From: a virus
DNA: 64,000 nucleotides
Virus record (IMG/VR): IMGVR_UViG_3300027782_000037
Coordinates: 1-64,000 of that record
Reading direction: 5' to 3' (one strand)
Part shown: one piece after another, positions 48,250 through 58,960 of the stretch
How positions within the stretch are numbered: the stretch's first letter is position 1
Layout: each line of letters starts with the position of its first letter
Program-made: the position numbers and the translations under genes
Notes under the pieces: generated by a model
The model's input: the letters and a program-made list of their open reading frames with translations, nothing else
The model's database searches: none
Told to the model about the DNA's origin: nothing

Positions 48250-49398
48250 TTATCGGTATAATATGTTTGTAATATAGCCAGTTGATATAATGGGAAATGC
48301 ACCTTGGTTGGCAGGGGGAACAGGATATGCCCCAGGATTAATTCCGCCAGCTGGAATAGGCCAGTAACCTGCGCCGCCGTCTAAAATATTAAATCCAGTG
48401 ACAACACCATATTGATTTATTATGGATTCTACTACAGCACCAGATCCATTGCCCAAAATATCAACCTTAGGCGGGGCCAGATATCCAGCGCCACCATTTT
48501 GCACTACCATGCCGGTTAATACACCGTCGGTACAGACAGCATACGCCGATGCCGGAATCCCTGGAGGATTTGGAGTAGAGAAAAGACTATTATTAAAACA
48601 TAGTCGAAGTAATGGATACCATCCATATACGTTCATATGAATGGTGCCGGTTTTGTTCAAGTAAGTAGTAGATTCTGTGACGTTAATCCAAATACTTTCG
48701 TAATTTTGCGCCCATTGTGCTTTGATGGTTCCGGTATACCCTATCAAGTCCAGTTGAATTGTAGTTATAAAGTTTCTGGGTTCGATAAAACTTGAGAAAA
48801 ATTCTGTATTCTGATAGTTGTTGAAGAACATACTGCCATTTCCACCATAATACCAATTACCGGCCCACCCAGGATAATTTTGATATCCTGCGCCATCCAA
48901 TGAAGTCTGCGCACTTATTTTTATAGTGGGTACTGTACATGGGATAGATGGTACAAATCTTGGGAAAACAGAGTTAACTAAATCAATTGGCGCACGAGCT
49001 CCGGCTTGTGCATTTGTAAATACTGCCTGATTTAGATTGCCACTTTGCACGCTAATAGAATAGTTAGCAGGTTGAGCTACTAACTCCAGTGTATCCTGTG
49101 CCGGAACATATACTTTCACTTGCCCAGTTGCAGCATTGAGTATGGTCATTGGTTCTTGTAATAACAGAACTGTTCCAGCAGTATTTGTCACACGAAACGT
49201 AAAGGTACACCCGTTTACATTAACCGGCTTCTCATCCTGGTTAACAAAGGAAAATAGGAGTACATTATCTACCCCTAAATTAAGAGTTAGTCTTTTAGCG
49301 TACACAGGGTCGTACCTCATAGAAAAGTATTGCCCACTGCTGTCGAGCAATAGCACTTGTGTTCGTTGCTGATAAAGGTAAGCGGTGGTTGAATACAT
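48250..49398 (-). CDS. Structural protein (BppU-like baseplate/tail)
   Basis: NQDEKPVN; NGGAGY..PP.V repeats; late promoter. Confidence 0.55.
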   Translation of the reverse strand: MYSTTAYLYQQRTQVLLLDSSGQYFSMRYDPVYAKRLTLNLGVDNVLLFSFVNQDEKPVNVNGCTFTFRVTNTAGTVLLLQEPMTILNAATGQVKVYVPAQDTLELVAQPANYSISVQSGNLNQAVFTNAQAGARAPIDLVNSVFPRFVPSIPCTVPTIKISAQTSLDGAGYQNYPGWAGNWYYGGNGSMFFNNYQNTEFFSSFIEPRNFITTIQLDLIGYTGTIKAQWAQNYESIWINVTESTTYLNKTGTIHMNVYGWYPLLRLCFNNSLFSTPNPPGIPASAYAVCTDGVLTGMVVQNGGAGYLAPPKVDILGNGSGAVVESIINQYGVVTGFNILDGGAGYWPIPAGGINPGAYPVPPANQGAFPIISTGYITNILYR

Positions 49399-49467
49399 AC
49401 ATCTTATTTAGCTAAATTTTGAAAGATGTTTTTGAACATAAATATTCAGAAGCGATAACTACATTAG

Positions 49468-49848
49468 ATGAACAAAGAAATCTTTGAAAAACTAACCGAA
49501 AAATATCCATTTATAACTCTATGCGTATACTCTACTCAGGAATATGTAGGGATAATACAAAACCGTGATGATGCGATTACCACTATGTACGACTTTGGTA
49601 GTATCATTGACATGGAAGCTAAAAAGCTATTTTTAGAACTAGCCAATGTTTGGTGGTGGGAAAGTAACAGAAGTATCCCCATTAATATATTCCTTAAAAA
49701 AGAATGGGAACCATTCAGGGGCTATATTCGTACTTTTGTTAACAAGGACCTTGAAATAATACATGGTCCGATATGTAGTCTAGCAGAATTAGCCCGCAGC
49801 AAATCAAAACGTAGATCTATTACACTTGTTCGACGGATGCCGGACTAG
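49468..49848 (+). CDS. Conserved phage hypothetical protein
   Basis: YVGIIQN; WWWESNRSIPINIFL. Confidence 0.7.
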   Translation: MNKEIFEKLTEKYPFITLCVYSTQEYVGIIQNRDDAITTMYDFGSIIDMEAKKLFLELANVWWWESNRSIPINIFLKKEWEPFRGYIRTFVNKDLEIIHGPICSLAELARSKSKRRSITLVRRMPD

Positions 49849-50416
49849 AGTCTTCTAATAGATTCATATGTAATGCCACTAGTGCGCTGTATGAAATAGA
49901 GTGGCTTTTTTTAAACGTAAACCCTCGACTATCATCACCGTCCCAAACGCTAGCAAACACTTCTTTCCAGGGACGATTTTGCAAATGTGCTTTTCCAGGT
50001 CGTATAATTGCTATAAATGCCGCCATCCTGGTGATGGAATCGGGTTGCATACGTGCCAATAAATCAGTATATTTCCCTATATGCACAAGATTGTTAGTCC
50101 ATTCGGGATCAGTCCAAAGACGTTGCCAATTAGGTTCCTTGGCTAACAGTTGATCATACTGTTCTTGGGTCTTTATCAGCTTGTACACATTCATATTCAG
50201 CAGATCTATTTTAAAATAACCACGATCTTCGGCTTCTTTGTAGTCTATTGCTGCACATTGATGTATAGGATCGTAGGGAATGTCCGTTACATACACCCCG
50301 GAGTTATGATTCCGAACTTTTCCCTGTACTGTTTGCCTTGCGGGAACGGCTCTAATCAGTTTTAATAACTGTTCCCTATCTGCTAGGTCTAAATCAATAT
50401 CTGCTGACATTACCAA
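49820..50416 (-). CDS. Miniature DnaE (Pol III alpha) catalytic-core homolog
   Basis: ADIDLD, HNSGV, FKIDLL, IRPG, FKKSHSISY in order within 198 aa. Confidence 0.75.
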   Translation of the reverse strand: MVMSADIDLDLADREQLLKLIRAVPARQTVQGKVRNHNSGVYVTDIPYDPIHQCAAIDYKEAEDRGYFKIDLLNMNVYKLIKTQEQYDQLLAKEPNWQRLWTDPEWTNNLVHIGKYTDLLARMQPDSITRMAAFIAIIRPGKAHLQNRPWKEVFASVWDGDDSRGFTFKKSHSISYSALVALHMNLLEDSSPASVEQV

Positions 50417-51084
50417 CCTGCCTTTTTTAATAGTTCTTGTGCCTCTGCACGATTTTCAGGATCTTCTTTTAGTTTCTTAGTCCAGATATCCGGATCAATA
50501 TATGACCATATCATTGTGCGATGTTCACTGGCAATGTCTGACAAAAACTTTTGCCCGGAGTCGGAATTATACAGTACCCATGGACTAATACGACCTGCAA
50601 TAATAGCCTGTACAATAGCATTGTGATTGCCGTACCTTAAATAATCGTGCGATGGTGCCCCTTTATCTTCACTCCAATCCAGAGAATGCTCGATTGCTCT
50701 AGTTAGGGCGTCTTCCATACGTTCTACCTTAAGGTAAAACAACAGATATTCTTCATACAATGTGTCACTGCACCAGTAATCTAATTTTTTATTTTGTTTT
50801 AATATCCATTCAATAAATCTTGCAGGATTTACCACTCGTGTATTGACACAATAGTTTCCAAATTTTACAAAAGCCTTATAGTATGGGCTATCGCAAAAGT
50901 TATCATATGTTTTAGACTTGGCTGAACCCTGAGTTAATTCATAAAATTTAAGATATGCGTTAAATCCTAATCGTACTCCTGCGTCATCTTTTACTTGTCT
51001 ACGCCGTCTTGGTTCACACGAATGCGCAGCCAAGCTAGATTCTCTTACAAAAGATTTTTTACAATACTGGCAAGTATTATTCAT
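50410..51084 (-). CDS. Hypothetical protein with N-terminal C2HC zinc finger
   Basis: CQYCKKSF......HSC; GRISPW. Confidence 0.65.
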   Translation of the reverse strand: MNNTCQYCKKSFVRESSLAAHSCEPRRRRQVKDDAGVRLGFNAYLKFYELTQGSAKSKTYDNFCDSPYYKAFVKFGNYCVNTRVVNPARFIEWILKQNKKLDYWCSDTLYEEYLLFYLKVERMEDALTRAIEHSLDWSEDKGAPSHDYLRYGNHNAIVQAIIAGRISPWVLYNSDSGQKFLSDIASEHRTMIWSYIDPDIWTKKLKEDPENRAEAQELLKKAGW

Positions 51085-51311
51085 TCTACTCGTTCAAAAT
51101 GTCGTTCTAGTTTATGTTCTTTAATATAAGGCCATCGATCACATAACTGCGTTAGCGAAATAAACACTGGTAATAATAGTGCTACCTCATTTGCTGTGAT
51201 ATGACGTACTGGTTTGTACCGCCACCGATCGCCGTCATTGTCCAGGATAATAATTTCTTTAAGTTCAGGTACTACAGCTACTTCTTTCTTCTTCCACAAT
51301 GACCAAATCAT
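51081..51311 (-). CDS. Hypothetical protein
   Basis: 76 aa; coupled overlaps. Confidence 0.5.
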   Translation of the reverse strand: MIWSLWKKKEVAVVPELKEIIILDNDGDRWRYKPVRHITANEVALLLPVFISLTQLCDRWPYIKEHKLERHFERVE

Positions 51312-51748
51312 TTTTTTGTCTCCTGCCCTAATTCTTTTAAATAGTTGTCCACGTCTTTTTTAGTATTAATTTTTGCCATCAAATCAATTTCATCATCTCT
51401 TAAATGAGGGAATAGTTCTGTCAGCTGTTTTTTAATACCCGTAGGTTCTTTTTTCTTGGGAGATATCCAGTTATGTCGAAATACTCCCATGCCCGGGCTT
51501 ACGCTTGTAGCGCATAGCCATTGTAATTTAGGATGTTTGGCTGTGGCGAAGAAATGTTTATTCAATCTTTCGTTAGTGGCAATTAAATAATATTCCTGCA
51601 ATTCGCTACTGCCCTGAACACTACTACCCCATCGAATCATTAGATAGTTACTGAATTTCTTACGTTCTTCATCAGTAAGGCTATCATAAAATTCACGATC
51701 CTTGCGATCAAAACAGGCCATTTCGTTTGCAATACCAAGTTTATCCAC
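51308..51748 (-). CDS. Possible clamp-loader small subunit (gp62-like)
   Basis: KKFSNYLMIRWGS; size and replication-cluster context. Confidence 0.4.
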   Translation of the reverse strand: MDKLGIANEMACFDRKDREFYDSLTDEERKKFSNYLMIRWGSSVQGSSELQEYYLIATNERLNKHFFATAKHPKLQWLCATSVSPGMGVFRHNWISPKKKEPTGIKKQLTELFPHLRDDEIDLMAKINTKKDVDNYLKELGQETKK

Positions 51749-51986
51749 GTTTAATTTGTCCCGCTAATTCACTAATTTGATCTTTAATACGTGTAATATC
51801 TCGTCGCATTTTCTCAATAATCCGTACGTTGGCTTCGTTTGATGCTTGCAAATTTTTAACCATAGTTTCTAAATCAACTACCATTTTTTCCTTGACCGCC
51901 ACTCTATTGGGCAGTATAGGTTCATCACCTGGTCCATATTGATCATTAGCTGTTACCATATTAAAACGCCTTATTATAATTAACAA
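51741..51986 (-). CDS. Coiled-coil hypothetical protein
   Basis: ORF in operon. Confidence 0.5.
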   Translation of the reverse strand: MLIIIRRFNMVTANDQYGPGDEPILPNRVAVKEKMVVDLETMVKNLQASNEANVRIIEKMRRDITRIKDQISELAGQIKRG

Positions 51987-52461
51987 TCTCGCATGTGCGA
52001 CTTATGTCTTTAACAAAATATACACAGTCGGGCTTCTTACCTTCGTTTATAGGAACACATAATAATTGACCATTTTTAAGTTTGGGTGCATACCAAGTTA
52101 CATCTTGATATACATCTAAAATTTCCACTTCCAAAAAACTTGGCCTAAAACTAGTTAGTGGGTTAAATTGAAATGCCTTAAAACCTCGATCATTGAGTGC
52201 TGACAAAGGTATTACTTCCAGGTCACCCGCCTCGGGATCACCAATTAATAACTGCCAATCAACGGGCATACGTACTCTATACTCACCTATTCGTAATACC
52301 AGTGCAGGACTATTAAAACTTTCCAGGAAGATTAGTGGAATATAATGGTAGTCGGGATCTTGTGGATTGGAATTATCCAAAATACTAAATCGCATATCAT
52401 CTATTTCTTCTGGTAGGTGATTTAAGTCATATGGTTCGTTGTCTAGGGTTAATATTTTCAT
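51961..52461 (-). CDS. Conserved phage hypothetical protein
   Basis: PLIFLESF..PA; WYAPKLKNG. Confidence 0.65.
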   Translation of the reverse strand: MKILTLDNEPYDLNHLPEEIDDMRFSILDNSNPQDPDYHYIPLIFLESFNSPALVLRIGEYRVRMPVDWQLLIGDPEAGDLEVIPLSALNDRGFKAFQFNPLTSFRPSFLEVEILDVYQDVTWYAPKLKNGQLLCVPINEGKKPDCVYFVKDISRTCEIVNYNKAF

Positions 52462-52501
52462 ATTGTTATTTTACTTTATATAGCCGCATATAGCAACCTT
52501 T

Positions 52502-53962
52502 TTATTTCCATTCCAATTTTTCTTGGGTATATGGATAGTTGGCGTCTTTGTAAAATACTTTACGTTTGGTTAAGTGACGTTTAGCAAATTTACAAGTTGA
52601 TGTTATGTCCCATATTTGCACATGGTCTTTGTCTTCAGCCTTTCTAATGCCACGCCCTATACTTTGGATAACCCTAACAAAAGATTTACCAGGCTCAATA
52701 AGCACCAGATTAAAGATCCTAGGAATATTGATGCCAACAGCGGCGACACCGTAAGTTGCCACGATAATTTTACCCGTGCTAATTGCGACCTCAGCATATT
52801 CTTCATCTCTTTTAGTTCCTTTAGTTGCCCCACTAACAAATACCGCGTGATCTCCCAGTAATTCCACTAGTGCATGACCCGCAGCAACACGGTCAACCAG
52901 CACTAATGTATTGCCCGTTAAGTTTACCTTTCCCACTAGTTTAGCTACAGTTTCTAGACGTTCTTTATTTTCCAACAAAAATTTTAGTTCGCTTTGATAG
53001 TTTGCGAACTCTGCGTGGTCAATTAATTGAACGATGTTAACATGACATTGTGCTAATACCCCTCGCTCTTGCAATTCGCTAGCTGATAACTGATTGGTAA
53101 CGGGCCCAAGACTACATGTTAATGCTTGGAATTCAAAAGGTTCCTTGGGAACAGTACCAGTTAATCCCCAGCGAATGGGGATACGACTCATTACTGTAGT
53201 GAGTAATGTTTTAAGTGCATCTGCCTTGGCCATATGTACTTCATCTACCATTACACATACTACGCCTTCCAAAAATTCTTGTATCGTAATATCTGTATTA
53301 TAGTTCTTGGTATTTTTAAGTAAATTATTTAGGCTTTGCCACGTGCATATAGTATGAGTTTTACCAATGTCTTTTCTATCACCAAAGTAAACTCCCACAT
53401 CTAATTCCAAACTTAGATAATCTCGTTCGGTTTGCGTCACCAGTGACTTATTAGGCACAATTACTATTGTTCTACCATGTGCTTCACAACGTTGGCTCAG
53501 AGCTGCGGTCATAATCGTCTTACCAGCACCAGTAGCAACTTCTTGTATAGATTGTGGATTTGTCAAAAAGTTGTTAATGATTTCAACTTGGTAGTCGCGC
53601 AGTTTAATAGGCTGACCCGCCAGTGGATGACCTTCTCCCCACATGATATGAGAAAAAGTATCTTCCGTTACACGTTCAAATGTAAAGCTAGTTGAGTAAT
53701 CTCTTTGATCATCAAGTTCGATATTATAATTAAAATTATCCAATATGGGAATAATCTCGGGCAGCAGATTCACATACGTGCTACCGCCCAATTGAAAATA
53801 TGCTACCTTACCGTCCCATCGCCCCAGTCTAACTGCTGGTTGATAACGTGCTCCTGGTACATCATATTTGAAAGTATTGACTAGTTTTCGTCTAGCATCT
53901 AACTCAAGTCCTTCGATTTTAATATTGACCTCATCCTTAACTATGATAGTGGCTGTTTTCAT
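52502..53962 (-). CDS. uvsW: SF2 DNA helicase UvsW
   Basis: LRDYQ, ATGAGKT, DEVH, GLTGT, QSIGRGIR. Confidence 0.9.
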   Translation of the reverse strand: MKTATIIVKDEVNIKIEGLELDARRKLVNTFKYDVPGARYQPAVRLGRWDGKVAYFQLGGSTYVNLLPEIIPILDNFNYNIELDDQRDYSTSFTFERVTEDTFSHIMWGEGHPLAGQPIKLRDYQVEIINNFLTNPQSIQEVATGAGKTIMTAALSQRCEAHGRTIVIVPNKSLVTQTERDYLSLELDVGVYFGDRKDIGKTHTICTWQSLNNLLKNTKNYNTDITIQEFLEGVVCVMVDEVHMAKADALKTLLTTVMSRIPIRWGLTGTVPKEPFEFQALTCSLGPVTNQLSASELQERGVLAQCHVNIVQLIDHAEFANYQSELKFLLENKERLETVAKLVGKVNLTGNTLVLVDRVAAGHALVELLGDHAVFVSGATKGTKRDEEYAEVAISTGKIIVATYGVAAVGINIPRIFNLVLIEPGKSFVRVIQSIGRGIRKAEDKDHVQIWDITSTCKFAKRHLTKRKVFYKDANYPYTQEKLEWK

Positions 53963-54411
53963 AGCTGTACATCTTCCATTCCCGCTGCTCTAAGTCGCAC
54001 AACATGTCCTAACATAAAATTTTTGGATTCAAGTGATTTCATAATGCCCAAATAACGATTGCGTAGCAACGCAACTTCATTGATAAGTGTTTCAAAATCA
54101 ATAACGTCATCTTCGCCATCGACATATTTTTCAGCATCTCGACTGGTCAATGCGCGAGCGTAACCTTCTAAATATTTCTGAAAGAATTTTCGACGTATTT
54201 TACGTAGTTGTAGATTAAGAAAGTTTAATACTGCTTCTATTTCTTGTAATTGGTTAAACCTATGCTCAGTGATGCCCGGTAGGGCAGTAACATTCTTTTC
54301 AATAATACCCCCTATCTGGCAATCCTGTTTGGCTTTTACGAGTTCGGCTTCATAATGTGAGATAAAATCTGGTATCACACTTAAATCTGCCGCAACACGA
54401 CTATACCACAT
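53959..54411 (-). CDS. uvsY: Recombination mediator UvsY
   Basis: YLEGY.RAL..RDAEKYVDGE; located between uvsX and uvsW. Confidence 0.75.
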   Translation of the reverse strand: MWYSRVAADLSVIPDFISHYEAELVKAKQDCQIGGIIEKNVTALPGITEHRFNQLQEIEAVLNFLNLQLRKIRRKFFQKYLEGYARALTSRDAEKYVDGEDDVIDFETLINEVALLRNRYLGIMKSLESKNFMLGHVVRLRAAGMEDVQL

Positions 54412-54413
54412 GC

Positions 54414-54668
54414 TTAGTCCTCATAACCGTCATCTTCGTCCCAGTCAAGGGTATCTTCTTCGTCTTCATCATCTGGGTGATCTTTAAGATAACTGGTAAG
54501 AGCACGTTTGATATCCGAGTCGCCTTTAAACGTATCTTTAATATCATCGGCAGAAATATCATTGTCAATTAAAACTGACACTATTGTTTCTGCCGCTTCA
54601 TCACGATCGACTGTATTAACGAAACGCTTTAATTCATTATAAATTTCTCTTGCTAAATCTACTGACAT
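54414..54668 (-). CDS. Acidic hypothetical protein
   Basis: 84 aa with a D/E-rich tail. Confidence 0.6.
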   Translation of the reverse strand: MSVDLAREIYNELKRFVNTVDRDEAAETIVSVLIDNDISADDIKDTFKGDSDIKRALTSYLKDHPDDEDEEDTLDWDEDDGYED

Positions 54669-54670
54669 TG

Positions 54671-55729
54671 TTATTCCTCCGTGGTTATGTCTTCAATACT
54701 TACTGTTGCTGGATGTTTTCCAAAGGTTTCCATAATTTTATCTAGACAACCATCTTCATTTGCTTCCCATTTTTTGCGAAATTGTTTGATAACTTCGCCG
54801 TCCGGGGTAACAAACACTAGACTGTTGCCTTCTTTTTTCAACATTTGTCGTTTTTCAGCTAGGTCAACCATGCCGCTGTATGGATTCATGCCGGTTTCAT
54901 AAGGGATCTTAATCTGCATACCTTCAAATGGTTTTGCGTATCGTGTTTTCATTACTTTACATCCAGCACGAATACCCATAACATCACCAATTTTATTGCC
55001 ATCTTCATCTTCTTTCAACTTCATTTTCTTCATAGCAACAACAATACTAGAAGCATAGATAAAGCCTTGCCCACCTGAGATTTTATCATCGGGGTCAAAC
55101 ATATCTTGACTTGCATATGTATGATTGGTACATACCATACCCACGTTATAACTACCAAACATGTTTACACAATTACGAACTAGTGATGTAAGTGCTTTAG
55201 GTTTGCGACCCATGTCACCTTTCATATCACCATCATCAAACTGCTTAACATCAGTTGGAGTTAACAACATACCCAGTGAGTCAATAACAAACAAGACCTT
55301 AGGACGTTCGCCTTCTGCGAGTGTTTTGTAATCGCTCATAAATGTTGCGATTGTCTTGGCTACATCATCTATCATAGCCATGTTGAGTTTAAGTAACTTG
55401 CTTTCATCAGTATCAACGCCAAGTGCTTGTAACCAAGATTCATCTAATGCGTTTTCTGAGTCAATTAATACGACAAAAATGCCTTGATCTTGTGCGTTTT
55501 TAACGATGTTACCTGAACAAATGTAACTCTTACCAGCACCTGATTCACCGGCAAATACTGTTACCTTACCCAAGGGAATACCTTTGTTAAAGTCCCCACT
55601 AATAAGATAATTTAAGGCAAAATTGCCTGTACTGATCCAATCTGTCGGATCATTATATCCGATTGACATACCTTCAATTGATTTGGTAATATCTCGACGG
55701 AACTTACTGAAGTCATACGGCTTAGCCAT
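54671..55729 (-). CDS. uvsX: RecA-like recombinase UvsX
   Basis: GESGAGKS, IDSENA, VIDSLG, TNHTY, SGGQG..YASS. Confidence 0.93.
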   Translation of the reverse strand: MAKPYDFSKFRRDITKSIEGMSIGYNDPTDWISTGNFALNYLISGDFNKGIPLGKVTVFAGESGAGKSYICSGNIVKNAQDQGIFVVLIDSENALDESWLQALGVDTDESKLLKLNMAMIDDVAKTIATFMSDYKTLAEGERPKVLFVIDSLGMLLTPTDVKQFDDGDMKGDMGRKPKALTSLVRNCVNMFGSYNVGMVCTNHTYASQDMFDPDDKISGGQGFIYASSIVVAMKKMKLKEDEDGNKIGDVMGIRAGCKVMKTRYAKPFEGMQIKIPYETGMNPYSGMVDLAEKRQMLKKEGNSLVFVTPDGEVIKQFRKKWEANEDGCLDKIMETFGKHPATVSIEDITTEE

Positions 55730-55757
55730 GGTTAATCCTTATTTTTTTCATAGATAT

Positions 55758-55787
55758 AATAACATAAGGGTTGCCCCCTATGTTATT
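55758..55787 (-). terminator. Stem-loop between the SSB gene and uvsX
   Basis: AATAACATA.GGG...CCC.TATGTTATT inverted repeat. Confidence 0.5.
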
Positions 55788-55801
55788 GAACGGCCAACTG
55801 C

Positions 55802-56788
55802 TTATGTCTTTTGGCGTGCTTTGATTCTAGCTAAGATGTCTGCCGGATTCATTGGAGCAGCCGCAGCAGCAGCTACTGGTGCTGTTGGCATGTCATCGTC
55901 ATCATCAAAACTACTTGAAGTAGCGGCAGGAGTTGGCTTTGTAGGCACAAATTCTTCATCATCTGCTGGCGCTGCTGCTGGTGCCGAAGATTGTGATGCT
56001 GGTGCTTGTAAGCCTGCTGGGCGGAAATACTGTCCCCAACGTTCTGCATCATAGCTTTGCCCATCAACTGAAGCTTCAAACATTTCTGCAATAACTTTAA
56101 GTTCGATTTCTGTTGGACGCTTTGGTAAAAATGTTGACAGGTCAAACAATCCATACTGTTCAATTGCCGCTTGTTCAGCTGCTAATAGAGCTGATTCTTT
56201 ACGTGCCCATTTAGATGAACTGTAGTCAGCAAAGCCACCTTTGGAGCCCTTGGTAACACGGAAGTCCAAGCCACGCAGATAGTCTGTTGGCAATTCTTCT
56301 AGTTCAGGATCCATCAATGCTGATTTGATTGAAGTAAAGATTTGTGGTCCAATAATAAAACGACGGATTGGATTTTCTGGAGTCTTGTCGTCGGCGAGAG
56401 GATTCTCACGAACAAAGCCTTGGAAAATGTAATCACGCTTTTTCCAATACTTGCGACCCATTTCTTCCATTGATTTATCTTTAAACCAATTGCGTACTTC
56501 GCTTAAGATTGGGCAAGTATCGCCCCACATTTCTACACATGGAACACGTACTTGTACTTGTTTTGATTCTACTTCGCCCTTAATGCCAGCGAATGGTAAC
56601 CGAATCATAGCACGTTCTTGCCAGAAGAAAGTGTTCTTTGAATTACCGTCTGGGATAAAGCGTAGTGTCGCGGCAGTACCTTCTGCAATGTTCCAGTGTG
56701 GATAAATTGCGTTGTCGCCTTGAGATTGGTTTGTGTTTTTTGCTTCTGTTTGTGCTAAACGAGCACGGATTTCTGCTAATGATGCCAT
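55802..56788 (-). CDS. 32: Single-stranded DNA-binding protein (gp32-like)
   Basis: LRFIP, CP, YWKKR, GFADYSSS; acidic C-terminal region; position upstream of uvsX. Confidence 0.85.
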   Translation of the reverse strand: MASLAEIRARLAQTEAKNTNQSQGDNAIYPHWNIAEGTAATLRFIPDGNSKNTFFWQERAMIRLPFAGIKGEVESKQVQVRVPCVEMWGDTCPILSEVRNWFKDKSMEEMGRKYWKKRDYIFQGFVRENPLADDKTPENPIRRFIIGPQIFTSIKSALMDPELEELPTDYLRGLDFRVTKGSKGGFADYSSSKWARKESALLAAEQAAIEQYGLFDLSTFLPKRPTEIELKVIAEMFEASVDGQSYDAERWGQYFRPAGLQAPASQSSAPAAAPADDEEFVPTKPTPAATSSSFDDDDDMPTAPVAAAAAAPMNPADILARIKARQKT

Positions 56789-56950
56789 TTTATGATGCCT
56801 TTCTAAGTTAAGTAAAATGTGATGCCTATCTAAATGATTAGATTATTAGTTGCTTGCCTATTAATTATACACATCTAGGTCTGTGTTTACTAACAAAACG
56901 ACAAACAAACTAAGGTTAAGTTTGCCGTTCTATTCGTATGTCTTATTTAT

Positions 56951-58945
56951 CTATTTTGTAATTCCTGCTAGAAATTTAATGCGATCCATCATGTCTGCGT
57001 CTACACCCTCTACAGATTGCATTCTGCCAGAGTGACCATATGCACCAGCAAGTGCGCTGCGATCGCCAGTCGTTTCCATCATGCTTTCTTCAAAATCATC
57101 GGGACGGTCTGAATGGTATCCGCGATGGTGATGATACTCGGCTGCTTTATCTAAAGCGTCAGGATTTTCTTTTGATGCTAACATTTTTTTAAGTTCGGCA
57201 ATTCTTGCTTCACGTGCCTTGCCTTGTTTCCATTCTCTGTGATCATCACTCATAGCATAATAAGGATCAGCGGCTGCTGCTGCTTCTAATTTTGCTAATT
57301 CTTCTTCTGGTGATAGTTCGGCTTGTACAGGTGGTTTCCATTTGTTAACGGGGGTCTTCCCTGCATTGTCCAGTACTCTCCGTACGAATGATGCAAAGTT
57401 ATGTTCGTGTCCGCCTATCAATCTCCAGAGTTTACCGGACTTAGTGGTAATCACAACATCATTATCAGCGTCTTTTTCGTAAGTTCCGTATGGTTTACCA
57501 TCTAATTCAATTTCACCATTACTAAATTTTATTACATGCCCATTTTGTGAATATTCTTTATCATCCATATTTTCTGTTATAGTAACACCTGCTAGTTTGG
57601 CCATTTCACTTAGTGCATTTTGGTCTGCTGCCGGTGCGGGCGGTGCCGCTGGGGCTGGTGCCGCTGGGGGCGTTGTCCCAGTATTATCAGTTGATTTTGC
57701 CATTTGTCCCAACACTTGTGCTATGGCAGGATTATCTTTTAATTCTTCCAGACGATCTTTAATAACTTTTCTGGCATCTGCATTAGGATTTTCTTTGGCC
57801 ATTTGTTTTAATTTTTCATTTAACTTGTCATCAACAAATATATCAGCCAGTTGAGAAATAACATTGAACCCATCCGCACCCACTGCTAATTCGGTACTTA
57901 ATAACTTGATCAGTTCGGCTTGTTGTTCCTTGGACTCGGGAAATTTTTGCTCCTTGGCATCGTCATTATCCTCAACTACAAAGTTTACCCATTGTTCAAA
58001 TATATTAGCTTCTTTCATTTTTTGTTCCTGTTGTAGTTTTGCCAGTAAGGGTAGTGCTTGTTCAACACGTGAATCAATATTTTTTTCAACAAACATATGA
58101 CGCAAATCTTCTATAATAACATCTTCATCTGTTATTTCGGCTGGATCCCATGATTCAAAATACTTTGTGTACCCTGTTTTTGTACATAGACTTTTTAAAT
58201 TATGCTGTAGTGTTTCGTAGTATAAGTTGGCACTTTCAACTAAGTTTGCCGTGTCGCCTTCAAATATTCTTCCCTGATTAGCTCGTTTAAATCTACTGAG
58301 TAAATTCATTTCTTGAACTATAGTAACAATATGATTACCACGAAGGTCGTAAGGTTTGCCACCTTGTCTAACATGTTCTATCATGGCGCGGCCAGCTGCC
58401 AGCTTTGTAAATGGTAATTTAAATCTTTCACCGTCGGCTGTTTCTACATACAGTGATTCAATATAACGGAAACGAGCATCATTTTCACCAATAACACGCT
58501 TATGTTTGATCATTAATCGTGCTTCTGTTTCGACACCGTTCCAGGATTGCGTTTTTGTTCCGGCCCAGCTTTCGCTAAGAGCAGTTTGCCCTTGCATGGT
58601 ATATTTCAGTTTGCTTAAATCTTGTGCATTAAATCCGCCGGGTATATTCTCACGAACAGCAAAATTCTTCAACTGGTTTAGGAAAGAAAACCAACCGTCT
58701 TTGTCGTCGGATTCCATGGTTTTACCCAGATTATCCCCAAAGAAAAGAGTTAGTCCTTCGTCACTTATAGAAACAACCGCAGTCCCGTAATTCTTATTTG
58801 ACTGCCCCTTATACTCAAAGGAAAAAGATACCGCCTGAGAGGGCGGGACATCTTTTTTTATTCCGCCGGCGGCACGGCCCACAGGATTAAAATCTCTGGT
58901 GACCAATAAATCATGTAAATGCTGGTTAACGTTGTCGGCTTTCAT
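56951..58945 (-). CDS. Large putative virion/head protein
   Basis: GERFKLPF..L..GRAM..HV..GG; repeated LAG(V/I) motif; late promoter. Confidence 0.6.
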   Translation of the reverse strand: MKADNVNQHLHDLLVTRDFNPVGRAAGGIKKDVPPSQAVSFSFEYKGQSNKNYGTAVVSISDEGLTLFFGDNLGKTMESDDKDGWFSFLNQLKNFAVRENIPGGFNAQDLSKLKYTMQGQTALSESWAGTKTQSWNGVETEARLMIKHKRVIGENDARFRYIESLYVETADGERFKLPFTKLAAGRAMIEHVRQGGKPYDLRGNHIVTIVQEMNLLSRFKRANQGRIFEGDTANLVESANLYYETLQHNLKSLCTKTGYTKYFESWDPAEITDEDVIIEDLRHMFVEKNIDSRVEQALPLLAKLQQEQKMKEANIFEQWVNFVVEDNDDAKEQKFPESKEQQAELIKLLSTELAVGADGFNVISQLADIFVDDKLNEKLKQMAKENPNADARKVIKDRLEELKDNPAIAQVLGQMAKSTDNTGTTPPAAPAPAAPPAPAADQNALSEMAKLAGVTITENMDDKEYSQNGHVIKFSNGEIELDGKPYGTYEKDADNDVVITTKSGKLWRLIGGHEHNFASFVRRVLDNAGKTPVNKWKPPVQAELSPEEELAKLEAAAAADPYYAMSDDHREWKQGKAREARIAELKKMLASKENPDALDKAAEYHHHRGYHSDRPDDFEESMMETTGDRSALAGAYGHSGRMQSVEGVDADMMDRIKFLAGITK

Positions 58946-58960
58946 AATATATTATTTATG

